64,000 nucleotides of DNA, from positions 25,116 to 89,115 of the forward strand of contig JADGPL010000013.1 of assembly GCA_017882455.1 (NCBI GenBank), read 5' to 3'. This stretch comes from Solirubrobacteraceae bacterium. Lineage in GTDB: Bacteria; Actinomycetota; Thermoleophilia; Solirubrobacterales; Solirubrobacteraceae. The notes below the pieces were generated by a model. That model saw nothing but the letters and a program-made list of their open reading frames with translations, made no database searches and was not told where the DNA came from. Positions within the stretch are counted from its first letter, which is position 1; every line of letters begins with the position of its first letter. Made by a program: the position numbers and the translations under genes. Shown piece after piece: positions 25,842-34,714 of the stretch.

Positions 25842-26318
25842 CGAGAGGAACGTCCTGGTGCGCTCGTGGCGCGGGTTGACGAGCACCTCTGACGGGGGGC
25901 CCGACTCGACCACCACGCCGCCGTCCATGAACACGACAGTGTCGGCCACCTCGCGCGCGAAGCCGATCTCATGGGTGGCCACGATCATCGTCATCCCGTC
26001 CCGGGCGAGCTGCTGCATGGTGCGAGCACCTCGCTCCATCGCGAGCGAGCGCCACGCGCTGTTGCTGGCCGCCGGAGAGATGTGCGGGATAGGAGTCGAG
26101 CTTGTCGGCCAGGCCGACCGATCTCGGCGCGCTTGGGGGCGACCTCCGACTCGCGCAGCTTGTCGCCCACCTGGCGGTAGCCCACGAGCTCGCCGTCCAC
26201 CGACAACCGTCCCGCGTTGATCTTCTCGAGGTGATTGATGCAGCGCAGGAACGTCGACTTGCCCGACCCGGACGGTCCGAGCAGGCACATCACCGCGTGT
26301 CCCTCGGGAGGGCGAGAA
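25836..26318 (-). pseudogene. Polar-amino-acid-type ABC transporter ATPase remnant (5'-truncated, frameshifted, internally deleted)
   Basis: One frame gives PEGHAVMCLLGPSGSGKSTFLRCINHLEKINAGRLSVDGELVGY. Another gives GMTMIVATHEIGFAREVADTVVFMDGGVVVESGPPSEVLVNPRHERTRTFLSKI. The Q-loop-to-Walker-B segment is missing. The first about 20 codons are replaced by the 3' end of the neighbouring GGDEF-EAL gene. Confidence 0.7.
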
Positions 26319-26319
26319 A

Positions 26320-28758
26320 TCAGACGGTCGGGGTGCTGAGCGTGTCGGGCGCGCGTCGGCCCAGCATGCGCTCGATGACCTCGGCGGGTCCCGGCTTACC
26401 CATCAGGAATCCCTGGGCCATCTCGCAGCCCATCTCTTCGAGCGTCGCCATCTGGCCGCGCTCCTCGATGCCCTCGGCCACGACCGACAGCGACAACGCC
26501 TCGCCCACGCCGAGGATCGCCTGCAGCAGGTCGCGGCTCTGCCCGCCGTCGCCCAGCGCGGCCACGAAGCTTCGGTCGATCTTGAGGATGTCCACGGGCA
26601 TGCGCTGCAGCTGGGAGAGCGAGGCATAGCCGGTGCCGAAGTCATCGATTGCGATGCGCACCCCGAGCTCCTTGATCGACTTGAGCGCCTCGGCGGCGGC
26701 GGACACGTCGCGCATCAGCGTCGTCTCGGTCAGCTCGAGGGTCAACAGCGACGGGCGGATCCGAGAGCGCTCGAGGGCGAGGCGGACATCGTCCGCGAAG
26801 CCTCTGCGGCTGAGCTGGTGCGCTGAGACGTTGACCGCGATCCCGAGCTCGAGGCCTTCGGCCGCCCACGCCGCCGCCTGGCTGCAGGCCTCCTCGAGCA
26901 CCCAGCGCCCGATCTGGACGATCATCCCGCTCTCCTCGGCCAGGGGGATGAAGCTGTCCGGCGCCACGAGGCCCCGCTGCGGGTGCTGCCAGCGAATCAA
27001 GGCCTCGACGCCCACGATGCCCTGGCTCGGAAGGTCGAAGATCGGTTGATAGAGAAGGAAGAACTGGTTCTGCTGCAGAGCCGTGCCCAGGTCGTTCTCC
27101 AGTTCCATGCGCCCTTCGGCGCCGGCGTACATGCTCGAGTCGAAGAGCACGTAGCGGTCCTTGCCGGCGGCCTTGGCCGAATACAGCGCGAGATCGGCGT
27201 CACGCAGCAGGCTGTCGGGCGTCGTGTACTGGCCCATCGCGACGCCGATGCTCGCAGTCACCGAGAAGACCTTACGTCCGTCCTCGAGCGTGACCGGCTC
27301 GCGCAGCACCTCGGTCAGCCGGTCGGCGAGCAGGTCGAGCGCGGCCTCGTCGGCGGTGGAATCGACCAGCACGACGAACTCGTCGCCGCCGAGGCGCCCG
27401 ACGGTGTCGTGGTCGCGGACAGCGCCCTGGAGGCGTTCGCCGACGGTCTTGAGCAACTGGTCTCCGGCGGCATGCCCGAGATTGTCGTTGACGTGCTTGA
27501 AGCCGTCGATGTCGATGAACAGGGCGCCGGCGAGCGTCCCCGGCTGGCGGGCCGCGCGGGCGAGCAGCTGCTCGGCGCGGTCGAGCACGAGGGCGCGGTT
27601 GGGCAGCCCTGTGAGAGTGTCGTGCAGCGCCTGGTGGGAGAGCTCGCGGGTCTTCTCGTGCACGAGCGCCAGCGCACGCCTGCGCCCCGTGCCCAGGACC
27701 AGGCCGAGCAGGCCGAACATGAGGCTCACGAGCGTTCCGCCGATCAGGAGCGTGAGCGCGTGCCAGTTACCGGCCACGCCCGCGGCGATCTTCGGGCCGA
27801 AGCTCTGCACGCTCCAGCCGTTGCGGACGTTGATCCGCGAGCTCTGCTCACCGCGCTTGACCGCGCCGCTGGTGAAGGCCACGTGTGACTGCGGGGAGTC
27901 GAAGTGGAACGTGACCGCGAGGTTGGTGTGGCCTTCGAGCGCCCTTGCGAGCACGACCTTCGGGACGAGCAGCTCGCCCAGCCAGCCGAGGAACGCGTGC
28001 CGGCGGGCGGCGACGGTGGCCGGAGCGGTACCGCCGCGGTAGACGGGCGTCTCGACCGCGAGGGCGGCGTTGCCGCCGACCACGAAGGGGGCGTAGCTGG
28101 AGAGCCCGGTGTCGCGGGTTGCAACGAGGCTGGGAGCCAGCGCGCAGTAGTCGAGGTCTCCCGGGAGGTAGGTCTTGGCGTTGCGTGCCAGCCCGGCGAC
28201 CGCCAGGCAGTAGAAGGTACGCTCGCCCGCCGGCAGGACGCCGGGCGCTTCCGCCGGCGCCTGCGACAGGGGGCCCAGGGGGCGCAGGGGATGAACGGCC
28301 ATGCCCGTCTGGAACGAGGCGAGGCGGGCCGCGGGAACCACCGTCACGAGGCCGATGTTCTGGAGCTCCTTGTAGCGCTGCATGGCGTGAACCGATTCCG
28401 CCCACACGTCGAATTCGGCAGCCGAGGCATACGGCTTGCCCGTCACGAAGGCGCTGGCGCTCACCACCAGATCTTCCTCGTGCTGGATCGCGAGCTTCAG
28501 CGTGGAGGCGATCTCGGCCGAGGCCAGGTGGAAGCTGAGGCGTGCTTTGTCGGCGTCCGATCGTGCGACGGCCTTGGCGCCGAGCACCGAGGCGACGATG
28601 CCCGCGATCACCAGCAGCGCGGTGGCCGCCGCCCAGATGCTCGTGCGGTCCCTGACCACGGGACGGAAGCCTGCCAGCCTGCCAACGCGGGCCCCGGACG
28701 TCGAGAAGGCGTTGATTGGGGGGCGTGGATTTGGGCTGCTGGTAGCGATTGCAGACAC
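26320..28758 (-). CDS. CHASE-domain sensor GGDEF-EAL protein
   Basis: 812 aa. TM helix, about 250-aa extracytoplasmic CHASE-like region, second TM helix, then HDTLTGLPNR, RLGGDEFVVLV, EALIRW and DDFGTGYAS. Confidence 0.9.
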   Translation of the reverse strand: MSAIATSSPNPRPPINAFSTSGARVGRLAGFRPVVRDRTSIWAAATALLVIAGIVASVLGAKAVARSDADKARLSFHLASAEIASTLKLAIQHEEDLVVSASAFVTGKPYASAAEFDVWAESVHAMQRYKELQNIGLVTVVPAARLASFQTGMAVHPLRPLGPLSQAPAEAPGVLPAGERTFYCLAVAGLARNAKTYLPGDLDYCALAPSLVATRDTGLSSYAPFVVGGNAALAVETPVYRGGTAPATVAARRHAFLGWLGELLVPKVVLARALEGHTNLAVTFHFDSPQSHVAFTSGAVKRGEQSSRINVRNGWSVQSFGPKIAAGVAGNWHALTLLIGGTLVSLMFGLLGLVLGTGRRRALALVHEKTRELSHQALHDTLTGLPNRALVLDRAEQLLARAARQPGTLAGALFIDIDGFKHVNDNLGHAAGDQLLKTVGERLQGAVRDHDTVGRLGGDEFVVLVDSTADEAALDLLADRLTEVLREPVTLEDGRKVFSVTASIGVAMGQYTTPDSLLRDADLALYSAKAAGKDRYVLFDSSMYAGAEGRMELENDLGTALQQNQFFLLYQPIFDLPSQGIVGVEALIRWQHPQRGLVAPDSFIPLAEESGMIVQIGRWVLEEACSQAAAWAAEGLELGIAVNVSAHQLSRRGFADDVRLALERSRIRPSLLTLELTETTLMRDVSAAAEALKSIKELGVRIAIDDFGTGYASLSQLQRMPVDILKIDRSFVAALGDGGQSRDLLQAILGVGEALSLSVVAEGIEERGQMATLEEMGCEMAQGFLMGKPGPAEVIERMLGRRAPDTLSTPTV

Positions 28759-28931
28759 GCGATCTCTTATTCACTTACGGGATGCTGCGCGAAGATCGGG
28801 CCGGGACGACCCGAGCTGTCGAAGCCTCAACCTCACGTGGACGGATATACGGCAGGAGCGTCCTCGACTGTTCCTGGGACACATGCCAGCAGGCTTCGTT
28901 CGAGGGCAGCCACGCGGGCTAACATCGGCTG

Positions 28932-29819
28932 ATGCTCACGAGAGGCGCTCTCGGCCGGGTGGCCTGCGGCTGCGTGCTGGCGCTCGCGCTGGTGGGTTGC
29001 GGCAAGGCGGAAGTACCGGGGCGCCCGGAACGCACGGCGAAGCCGGGCTCGGCGGGCGGCCTCGCCGCCGGATCGCAGCCCTCCGCCGCTGCGTCGAGGA
29101 GCGGCCATCCGTCGGGGAGCAAAGCGCTGCCGCTGCCGCCGAGCGCTCCTGCGAGCGAGCTCGACAAACGCGAGGTCTCGGGCAAGGTCGGGAGAGCCGA
29201 TTCGCTCCCCGCATCCGCGGGCGCGGGTAGCTATGTCGCGCCGGGCGCCCCCTCGGACGCCCAGATTCGCGCCGAAGTCGCGCAGGCGCGCAAGGCCGGG
29301 ATCATCCTCCCGAAGGGCAACAGCGCCCAGTCCTTCGAACAGGGCGCCACGTATGTGGGCGGGGGTGGGGGCGCCAGCTGGGTCTTCCCGATCCAACCGC
29401 ACACGCTCGCCCTCGGCCCACAGACCTGGAGCGAAGACCAGGGCGTCGACATCGCGACTGCGGGCGCGGCCTGCGGCAACGCCGCTGTCGAGGTGGCGAT
29501 CACGGCGGGGACCGTCGTGCGCGAGGGGATTCCCGGCTTCGGGCCGGACGCGCCGGTCGAGCGAATCGACAGCGGCCCCTATGCCGGATGGTTCGTCTAC
29601 TACGGCCACGCCGCGCCTGCCCTTGTCAGTGTGGGCACCCACGTGAGCGCCGGTCAGCCGGTTGCCGAGGTCGGCTGCGGAGACGTGGGCCTCTCCTCCG
29701 GCCCGCACCTGGAGATCGGCCTCACGCCGCCGGGTGGCGGGACCTGCTGCCCGGCTTTCGGCGAGACCTCGGCGGTGGTCGAGGGCCTCATGCGCCAGCT
29801 CTACCTCGGCTCCGCATGA
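28932..29819 (+). CDS. Lipoprotein with a C-terminal LytM/M23-like domain (non-canonical metal ligands)
   Basis: 295 aa. Lipobox LALVGCGK. The C-terminus DQGVDI...[41 protein letters not shown] resembles M23, but DxxxD replaces HxxxD and HLE replaces HLH. Confidence 0.55.
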   Translation: MLTRGALGRVACGCVLALALVGCGKAEVPGRPERTAKPGSAGGLAAGSQPSAAASRSGHPSGSKALPLPPSAPASELDKREVSGKVGRADSLPASAGAGSYVAPGAPSDAQIRAEVAQARKAGIILPKGNSAQSFEQGATYVGGGGGASWVFPIQPHTLALGPQTWSEDQGVDIATAGAACGNAAVEVAITAGTVVREGIPGFGPDAPVERIDSGPYAGWFVYYGHAAPALVSVGTHVSAGQPVAEVGCGDVGLSSGPHLEIGLTPPGGGTCCPAFGETSAVVEGLMRQLYLGSA

Positions 29820-29864
29820 CCCGCGGTCGCTGTGCGAGTGCTTCCGCCGCTCGCTTGCGCTAGG

Positions 29865-29990
29865 CTTCCGCACGCCTAATCGCGGACCGGTGTTCGCGAG
29901 CGGGGGAACCGAGTTGTTGGGGCGAGTTCCGCGGTAATCCACGGAAGGCGCAGGTCGCTAGCCCGTCAGCTAACCCCGTCGGCCGACGAA
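29865..29990 (+). ncRNA. ydaO-type (c-di-AMP) riboswitch-like leader
   Basis: TAATCGCGG at 29877-29885, GAGCGGGGGAACC at 29898-29910, GGGGCGAGTTCC at 29919-29930, GTAATCCACGG at 29934-29944, GCCCGTCAGCTAACCCCGTCGGC at 29961-29983. These match my recollection of the conserved ydaO blocks (AAUCGC, GAGCGGGGGACCCA, GGGGUGAAUCC, CCGACAGCUAACCUCGUAAGC). It ends just before the RBS and TTG start of the next gene. Confidence 0.65.
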
Positions 29991-30002
29991 GAGAGGCAAG
30001 CT

Positions 30003-30743
30003 TTGCGACGGACGTATTCGGCCGTGCTCGCGCTCGTGCTGCTCGTGGCGCTCGGAACCGTGGCCCAGGACGCCCTGGCCGCCAGCACGGGCGGCACCGC
30101 GGTCGCCCCACCGGCCGCCGCGCCCACGCCGCCGCCGACGATTCCGGCTGCGCCGGGAGGCACCGGGGGGACGAGCGTCGTCTCCGCGCCGGTCTTTTCG
30201 GGTAGCCCCTACCCGCTGAGCCCCAGCGGCTGGGTCTTTCCCCTGTATCCGGTCTCGCACGTCGCCCCGACCAGCTGGTGGTCGCTGGACCAGGGCGTGG
30301 ATCTCGGGGGCAACGCGAACCAGTGCGGCTCCCACCTGCGCGAGCTCGCCGTGGCGAGCGGAACGATCGTCCGTGAGGGGCTGGAAGGCTTCGGTCCGTC
30401 CGCGCCAGTGCTGCTGGTGGACAGCGGGCCCGACCTGGGCCGCTACGTCTACTACGGGCACGCCGCGCCGGCGCTCGTGCCGGTGGGCACCCACGTGAGC
30501 GCGGGTCAGCCGATCGCCGAGGTCGGCTGCGGGGACGTGGGAATCTCCTCGGCACCCCATCTGGAGATCGGGATGCTCCCGGCAGGCTCGAAGAACCCGC
30601 TTGACATGCCCGCCGTCGGGGAAACCTCGCACGAAACGATGTCCAACCTGAGCTCCGCATACAGGACCGCGCTCGCCGCCTACCGTGCCCAGCGCGCGGC
30701 GGTCGCCAGGGCCAGGAAGCTGGCCACCACCCGCAAGGGCTAG
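30003..30743 (+). CDS. Secreted LytM/M23-like protein, paralog of 28932..29819
   Basis: 246 aa with a TTG start and a signal peptide ending AQDALA. The C-terminus is near-colinear with the upstream paralog (LDQGVDLGG...[41 protein letters not shown]). Confidence 0.6.
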   Translation: MRRTYSAVLALVLLVALGTVAQDALAASTGGTAVAPPAAAPTPPPTIPAAPGGTGGTSVVSAPVFSGSPYPLSPSGWVFPLYPVSHVAPTSWWSLDQGVDLGGNANQCGSHLRELAVASGTIVREGLEGFGPSAPVLLVDSGPDLGRYVYYGHAAPALVPVGTHVSAGQPIAEVGCGDVGISSAPHLEIGMLPAGSKNPLDMPAVGETSHETMSNLSSAYRTALAAYRAQRAAVARARKLATTRKG

Positions 30744-30872
30744 CAGAGCCCTCCGCGCGCGCCGCAAGGCGCTTCCGTCCCACACGCGGCCCCGACCGGC
30801 CCCGGGCGGGCGCTGTCCTGCAACTCGTCCACCGCCCTAAGGCAACGGGCCTCCCCTGCCGATGAGGGGCTC

Positions 30873-33071
30873 GTGACCATCTTCGCTCGCCTTCTCTCCC
30901 TCCCGGCCGCATCGCGGCGCACAGTCGCCGCTCGAGGCGCCATCCTCGTAGCCGGCATTCTCACGATCGGCCTGCTTCTCGTCGCGCCCGCCGGTGCGAT
31001 GGTGAGCACCGTGGGCAGCACGACGGTGGGGCTGCAGCCGCGCAATGTGGTGTCGCACACTGAGGGAGTCTCCGGCCCAACCTTCGCCAACCCTGCCGGC
31101 AACCCGGTGGTACACGGCAGCAACCTCTACGCGATCTACTGGGACCCCACTGACGCCTACCATCCGGAATGGCAGCGTCTCGTCGATGCTTTCATGCAAC
31201 AGCTTGGAAGCGAAAGCGGAACGCTCGGCAACGTCTTCGCGGTCGCCTCGCAGTACACGGACAAGACCAACACGCCGGCATCTTACAACGCGACGTTTCG
31301 CGTTTCCTATACGGACACACACAAATACCCCGGCTCGGGCTGCGTGGACCCGCACCCGCTGCAAGCGCCGAACGCGATCGCCTGCCTGACCGACGCGCAG
31401 ATTCAGGAAGAGCTCCAGGGCTTCATCGCGCAGCACGGCCTACCGAAGGGGATGAGCTCGATCTTCTACCTCCTCACTCCTCCGGGAGTGACTATCTGTC
31501 TTGACGGTGCAGCGACGAGATGCTCCGACTACACGAGATCGACAAAAGAAGAAGAAGAATCCAAGTTCGAAAGTGAAAGCTACACCCAGAGCTTTTGCAG
31601 TTATCACTCGGACATAAACCCGGACAATGTGTCGGCCGGGAACGGCAACACCGTTCTCTATGCCGCCATCCCGTGGATCGCCGGTGGCGCTGGCAACTAT
31701 CACCTGCAGCCCGTCGATCAGACGCAGGGTTACGAATGCCAGGACGGAGGATTCGACCCCAGCACCAAGCCGCCCGAGAAGAAGGAGACTCCGAAGGAAA
31801 AAACGGAAGCGGAAACCAAAGAATTCGAAAAACTACCCATCGAAAGCAAACTCAAGGCCCTCGAACTCGAAGAGCGCGAACGTCCTCACGAGCAGGAGCC
31901 GAACCAGGTCGGCCTCGGCGAAGACGGCTCTTATGACACGGGCCTGGCAGATCTGATCATCAACCAGATTGCCGTTGAGCAGCAGAACACGGTGACCGAT
32001 CCTCTACTGAACGCGTGGCAGGACGCCGGACATCGCGAGGCGACGGACGAGTGCCGCAACTTCTTTGCGTCAGGCACTCTCGGCGGGGCATCGCTGGCCA
32101 ACGAATCGACACTCGCTGGGACACTCTCGAATCAGATCATCGGTGGCACGCCCTATTACCTCAACAATGCGTTCAACGTCGCCGCCTACAAGCTCACAGG
32201 CTACGGAGTGCCCTGTGTAGCAGGCGTCAATCTCAACCCGAAATTCACTGCTCCCAATCCGGTGCGTGCCGGCGACACGGTCGGATTCGATGGCATGGAG
32301 TCCGACGTGATGCTCAATGCTGGGACGGCATACTCCAACCAGGGCGTCGCCCAGAGCACATATGCGAAATTCTCATGGGACTTCGGTGATGGCACTCCGG
32401 TCGTTTCCGGATACGCACCGGGCGCCCCGGCATGCGAAGCGCCATGGCTGAGTCCTTGCGCGGCAAGCGCATTCCACTCCTACCAGTACGGCGGGACCTA
32501 TGAAGTGACGCTGACGGTGACCGACGTTGGCGGGAATGTCGCAAGCGTCACCCACCCGGTCACGGTCTCCGGTTCCCCGCGACCGTCGAGCGAACCGTCC
32601 TCCGGTGGTTCGACGGGCTCGGGCCAGGCCGTTCCGAGCGGATCGCCCTCCACGACAAACTCTGCGACGAGCATTCCTGCTCCGCGTGTCACCGCAGCCT
32701 TCGTGTCCCGCTCGCTGAAGAGCGCGTTGGGCAAGGCCGGGCTGGTCGTGCGCTACTCGGTCAACGAGCAGGTCGCCGGACACTTCGAAGTGCTGTTGAG
32801 CAGCGCCATCGCACGGCGGCTCGGCATCACCGGCGCGGCGGCCAGCGGCCTGGCGCCGGGGACCCCCGCGCAGACGGTGATAGCCAAAGCCATCCTGGTG
32901 ACGCAGAAGGGTGGCTCGAGCGTCGTGCACATCCAGCTCTCCAAGCGGACGGCCGCCCGTATGCACAGGCTGGGCAAGGTCTCGCTGATGCTCCGCCTGA
33001 GCGTGCGCAACGCCGCCTCGCACCTTCCGACGGTCACAACGGTGCTCAGCACGGCGACGCTCTCGCACTGA
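30873..33071 (+). CDS. Large secreted/membrane-anchored hypothetical protein with a PKD domain
   Basis: 732 aa. N-terminal hydrophobic anchor and a PKD-like segment FSWDFGDGTP...HSYQYGGTYEVTLTVTDVGGNVASVTHPVTV. I do not recognise a family for the rest. Confidence 0.7.
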   Translation: MTIFARLLSLPAASRRTVAARGAILVAGILTIGLLLVAPAGAMVSTVGSTTVGLQPRNVVSHTEGVSGPTFANPAGNPVVHGSNLYAIYWDPTDAYHPEWQRLVDAFMQQLGSESGTLGNVFAVASQYTDKTNTPASYNATFRVSYTDTHKYPGSGCVDPHPLQAPNAIACLTDAQIQEELQGFIAQHGLPKGMSSIFYLLTPPGVTICLDGAATRCSDYTRSTKEEEESKFESESYTQSFCSYHSDINPDNVSAGNGNTVLYAAIPWIAGGAGNYHLQPVDQTQGYECQDGGFDPSTKPPEKKETPKEKTEAETKEFEKLPIESKLKALELEERERPHEQEPNQVGLGEDGSYDTGLADLIINQIAVEQQNTVTDPLLNAWQDAGHREATDECRNFFASGTLGGASLANESTLAGTLSNQIIGGTPYYLNNAFNVAAYKLTGYGVPCVAGVNLNPKFTAPNPVRAGDTVGFDGMESDVMLNAGTAYSNQGVAQSTYAKFSWDFGDGTPVVSGYAPGAPACEAPWLSPCAASAFHSYQYGGTYEVTLTVTDVGGNVASVTHPVTVSGSPRPSSEPSSGGSTGSGQAVPSGSPSTTNSATSIPAPRVTAAFVSRSLKSALGKAGLVVRYSVNEQVAGHFEVLLSSAIARRLGITGAAASGLAPGTPAQTVIAKAILVTQKGGSSVVHIQLSKRTAARMHRLGKVSLMLRLSVRNAASHLPTVTTVLSTATLSH

Positions 33072-33081
33072 CCCAAGGCGG

Positions 33082-33273
33082 TCAGTCCGGGGAGTCCCCC
33101 TTGCGTTTGGAGCGGGCCTTCTCGCGGAACACGAAGTACCAGAGGGCGAACAGCAGCACGTAGCCGCAGGCCATCGAGACGACGGCGATGATCGCTATGC
33201 CCGTGTTGTTCCCGGTCACCGATTCGCCGTCGAGGGCCAGCGGGACGGAGGAGATCAGGCTCGCTGAGTGCAT
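33082..33273 (-). CDS. Small single-pass membrane protein (hypothetical)
   Basis: 63 aa. TM segment IAIIAVVSMACGYVLLFALWYFVF followed by a basic tail. Lies 18 nt downstream of the NlpC/P60 gene on the same strand. Confidence 0.4.
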   Translation of the reverse strand: MHSASLISSVPLALDGESVTGNNTGIAIIAVVSMACGYVLLFALWYFVFREKARSKRKGDSPD

Positions 33274-33291
33274 CGTGGATCGCCCGCTTCG

Positions 33292-34110
33292 CTAGAGGCC
33301 CGGCCAATGCCGGACCACGTAGCCGGAGTTGTCGGTGGCGCCGACCTGCCAGCGAGAGGCGTACACGCCGCTGCGCCCGGCCGTGTCATAGAGAACGCCG
33401 TCCACGTACATGTAGGTGTGCCCGGCATTGGCATACACGGTGATGTAGCGGCCCGGTCCGGGAGCGCCCCAGCTCTCGAGTTCGCCGGAGGTCTCCGGTG
33501 CGCCCAGCAGCCCGCCGGCGGCCAGCGCGTAGCTGACCGATCCGGAGCAGTCGTAGGCGTTGTCCACGAAGGAGGCGTGGCCGCCGCCGAAGACATAGGG
33601 AAAGTTGGCGATCTCGTTGGCGCCGGCGATCACCTTCTGGATCACTTCCGGCAGACCCGCGGGAATCGGAAGGGCGCCGCTGCCGCCGATCGACTCGCCG
33701 CCCGGCACAGGCGTGAGACGGTGCTTCTGCGCCTGCTTGGCGCTGCGTTCGACGGCCTGCATCTGGGAGAGCTCGGCGCGCACTTCGGCATCCGATTGGG
33801 CGCCCGCCGCAACCACCGCTTCGCCGGCCTTCCTCGGCGTCGCCGCCGAGGCATGCTGGACGGATGCCGGAGCTGGGAAGCTGGCGGCTTCCTGCGGGTC
33901 GGCCACCTCCTTGGCGGTGGCCGAGGCGCTCGACGGATCGGCCGGTTTCACGGCGGCAGCGGGAGCGACGGCGCCGCCCGTGCCCTTCGCGGCGCCGCCC
34001 GCCTTCGCGCCACCCCCGCCCGAGACCACGCCGGCCTGCCCGCAGGCAGCGACGCTGGTGGCCGCCAGCAGACAGCACAGTGCCGCTGACGCCTTGCGTG
34101 TAGAGCCCAT
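33292..34110 (-). CDS. NlpC/P60 (C40) family peptidoglycan hydrolase lipoprotein
   Basis: 272 aa. Lipobox-like VAACGQ. C-terminal FPYVFGGGH....AYDCSGSVSYAL ... AGHTYMYVDG provides the Cys/His catalytic context. Confidence 0.8.
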   Translation of the reverse strand: MGSTRKASAALCCLLAATSVAACGQAGVVSGGGGAKAGGAAKGTGGAVAPAAAVKPADPSSASATAKEVADPQEAASFPAPASVQHASAATPRKAGEAVVAAGAQSDAEVRAELSQMQAVERSAKQAQKHRLTPVPGGESIGGSGALPIPAGLPEVIQKVIAGANEIANFPYVFGGGHASFVDNAYDCSGSVSYALAAGGLLGAPETSGELESWGAPGPGRYITVYANAGHTYMYVDGVLYDTAGRSGVYASRWQVGATDNSGYVVRHWPGL

Positions 34111-34161
34111 GCACCAAGGCTAGCGGCAGCGTCCGCCTGGAAGTGTCGCTACCCTGGTGCG

Positions 34162-34614
34162 ATGCGCGAGGATGCAACCGCCGTGGAACTGCGGCCGCAC
34201 GTTCGTCTGCTCCACGGGATGCGCAGGCCGGCCAACTGGCTGCAGCTGGTTCGCTTCGGTCTCGTGGGCGCGGTCGGCTTCGTGGTCAACCTGGCCGTGT
34301 ACGCGCTGTTCGTCCACTCCGTGGGCGTCGACTATCGCGTGGCTGCCGTGGTGGCATGGATCGTGGCGGTGCTCAACAACTTTGTCCTCAACCGCCATTG
34401 GACCTTCGACGCGCGGGGCGGTCAGGTCCACTTCCAGGCGCTGCGCTTCGTCGCCGTGAGCCTCGTGGCGTTCGGCTGCAGCCTGCTGCTGCTGACCGTG
34501 CTCGTGGAGAGCGCGGGGATGGCCAAGGTGCCGGCCCAGGCGCTCGCCGTGGCGGCCTCGACCCCGCTCAACTTCCTCGGCAACAAGCTCTGGAGCTTCC
34601 GGGCATCGGCGTGA
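34162..34614 (+). CDS. GtrA-family membrane protein
   Basis: 150 aa. LVRFGLVGAVGFVVNLAVY...VLNNFVLNRHWTF...NFLGNKLWSF. Confidence 0.85.
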   Translation: MREDATAVELRPHVRLLHGMRRPANWLQLVRFGLVGAVGFVVNLAVYALFVHSVGVDYRVAAVVAWIVAVLNNFVLNRHWTFDARGGQVHFQALRFVAVSLVAFGCSLLLLTVLVESAGMAKVPAQALAVAASTPLNFLGNKLWSFRASA

Positions 34615-34714
34615 GCGCAGCGGCCCGCTGAGCCTGGCGTTCGTACGTCCAACGGGTCTCTCGGAGCCCAGTCCGGTACCTATACTCTGACATCCCCCCT
34701 CCCGGAGGATTCCT

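Noticed and set aside
25038-26288. A 416-aa minus-strand ORF that looks like a full-length gene.
   Set aside because: It is a read-through chimera. Only its last about 55 codons (FGGY-kinase-like) and codons of about 70-151 (ABC ATPase C-terminus) resemble real proteins. The rest is antisense to the aminotransferase remnant.
28759-28931. A possible second ydaO riboswitch upstream of the first LytM-like gene, based on words such as gggacgacccgag and cgcgggctaacatcgg.
   Set aside because: The AATC blocks and the GAGCGGGGGA/GGGGNGA blocks are missing, and the resemblance is limited to a few short words. A covariance-model search would be needed, and I do not expect a hit.
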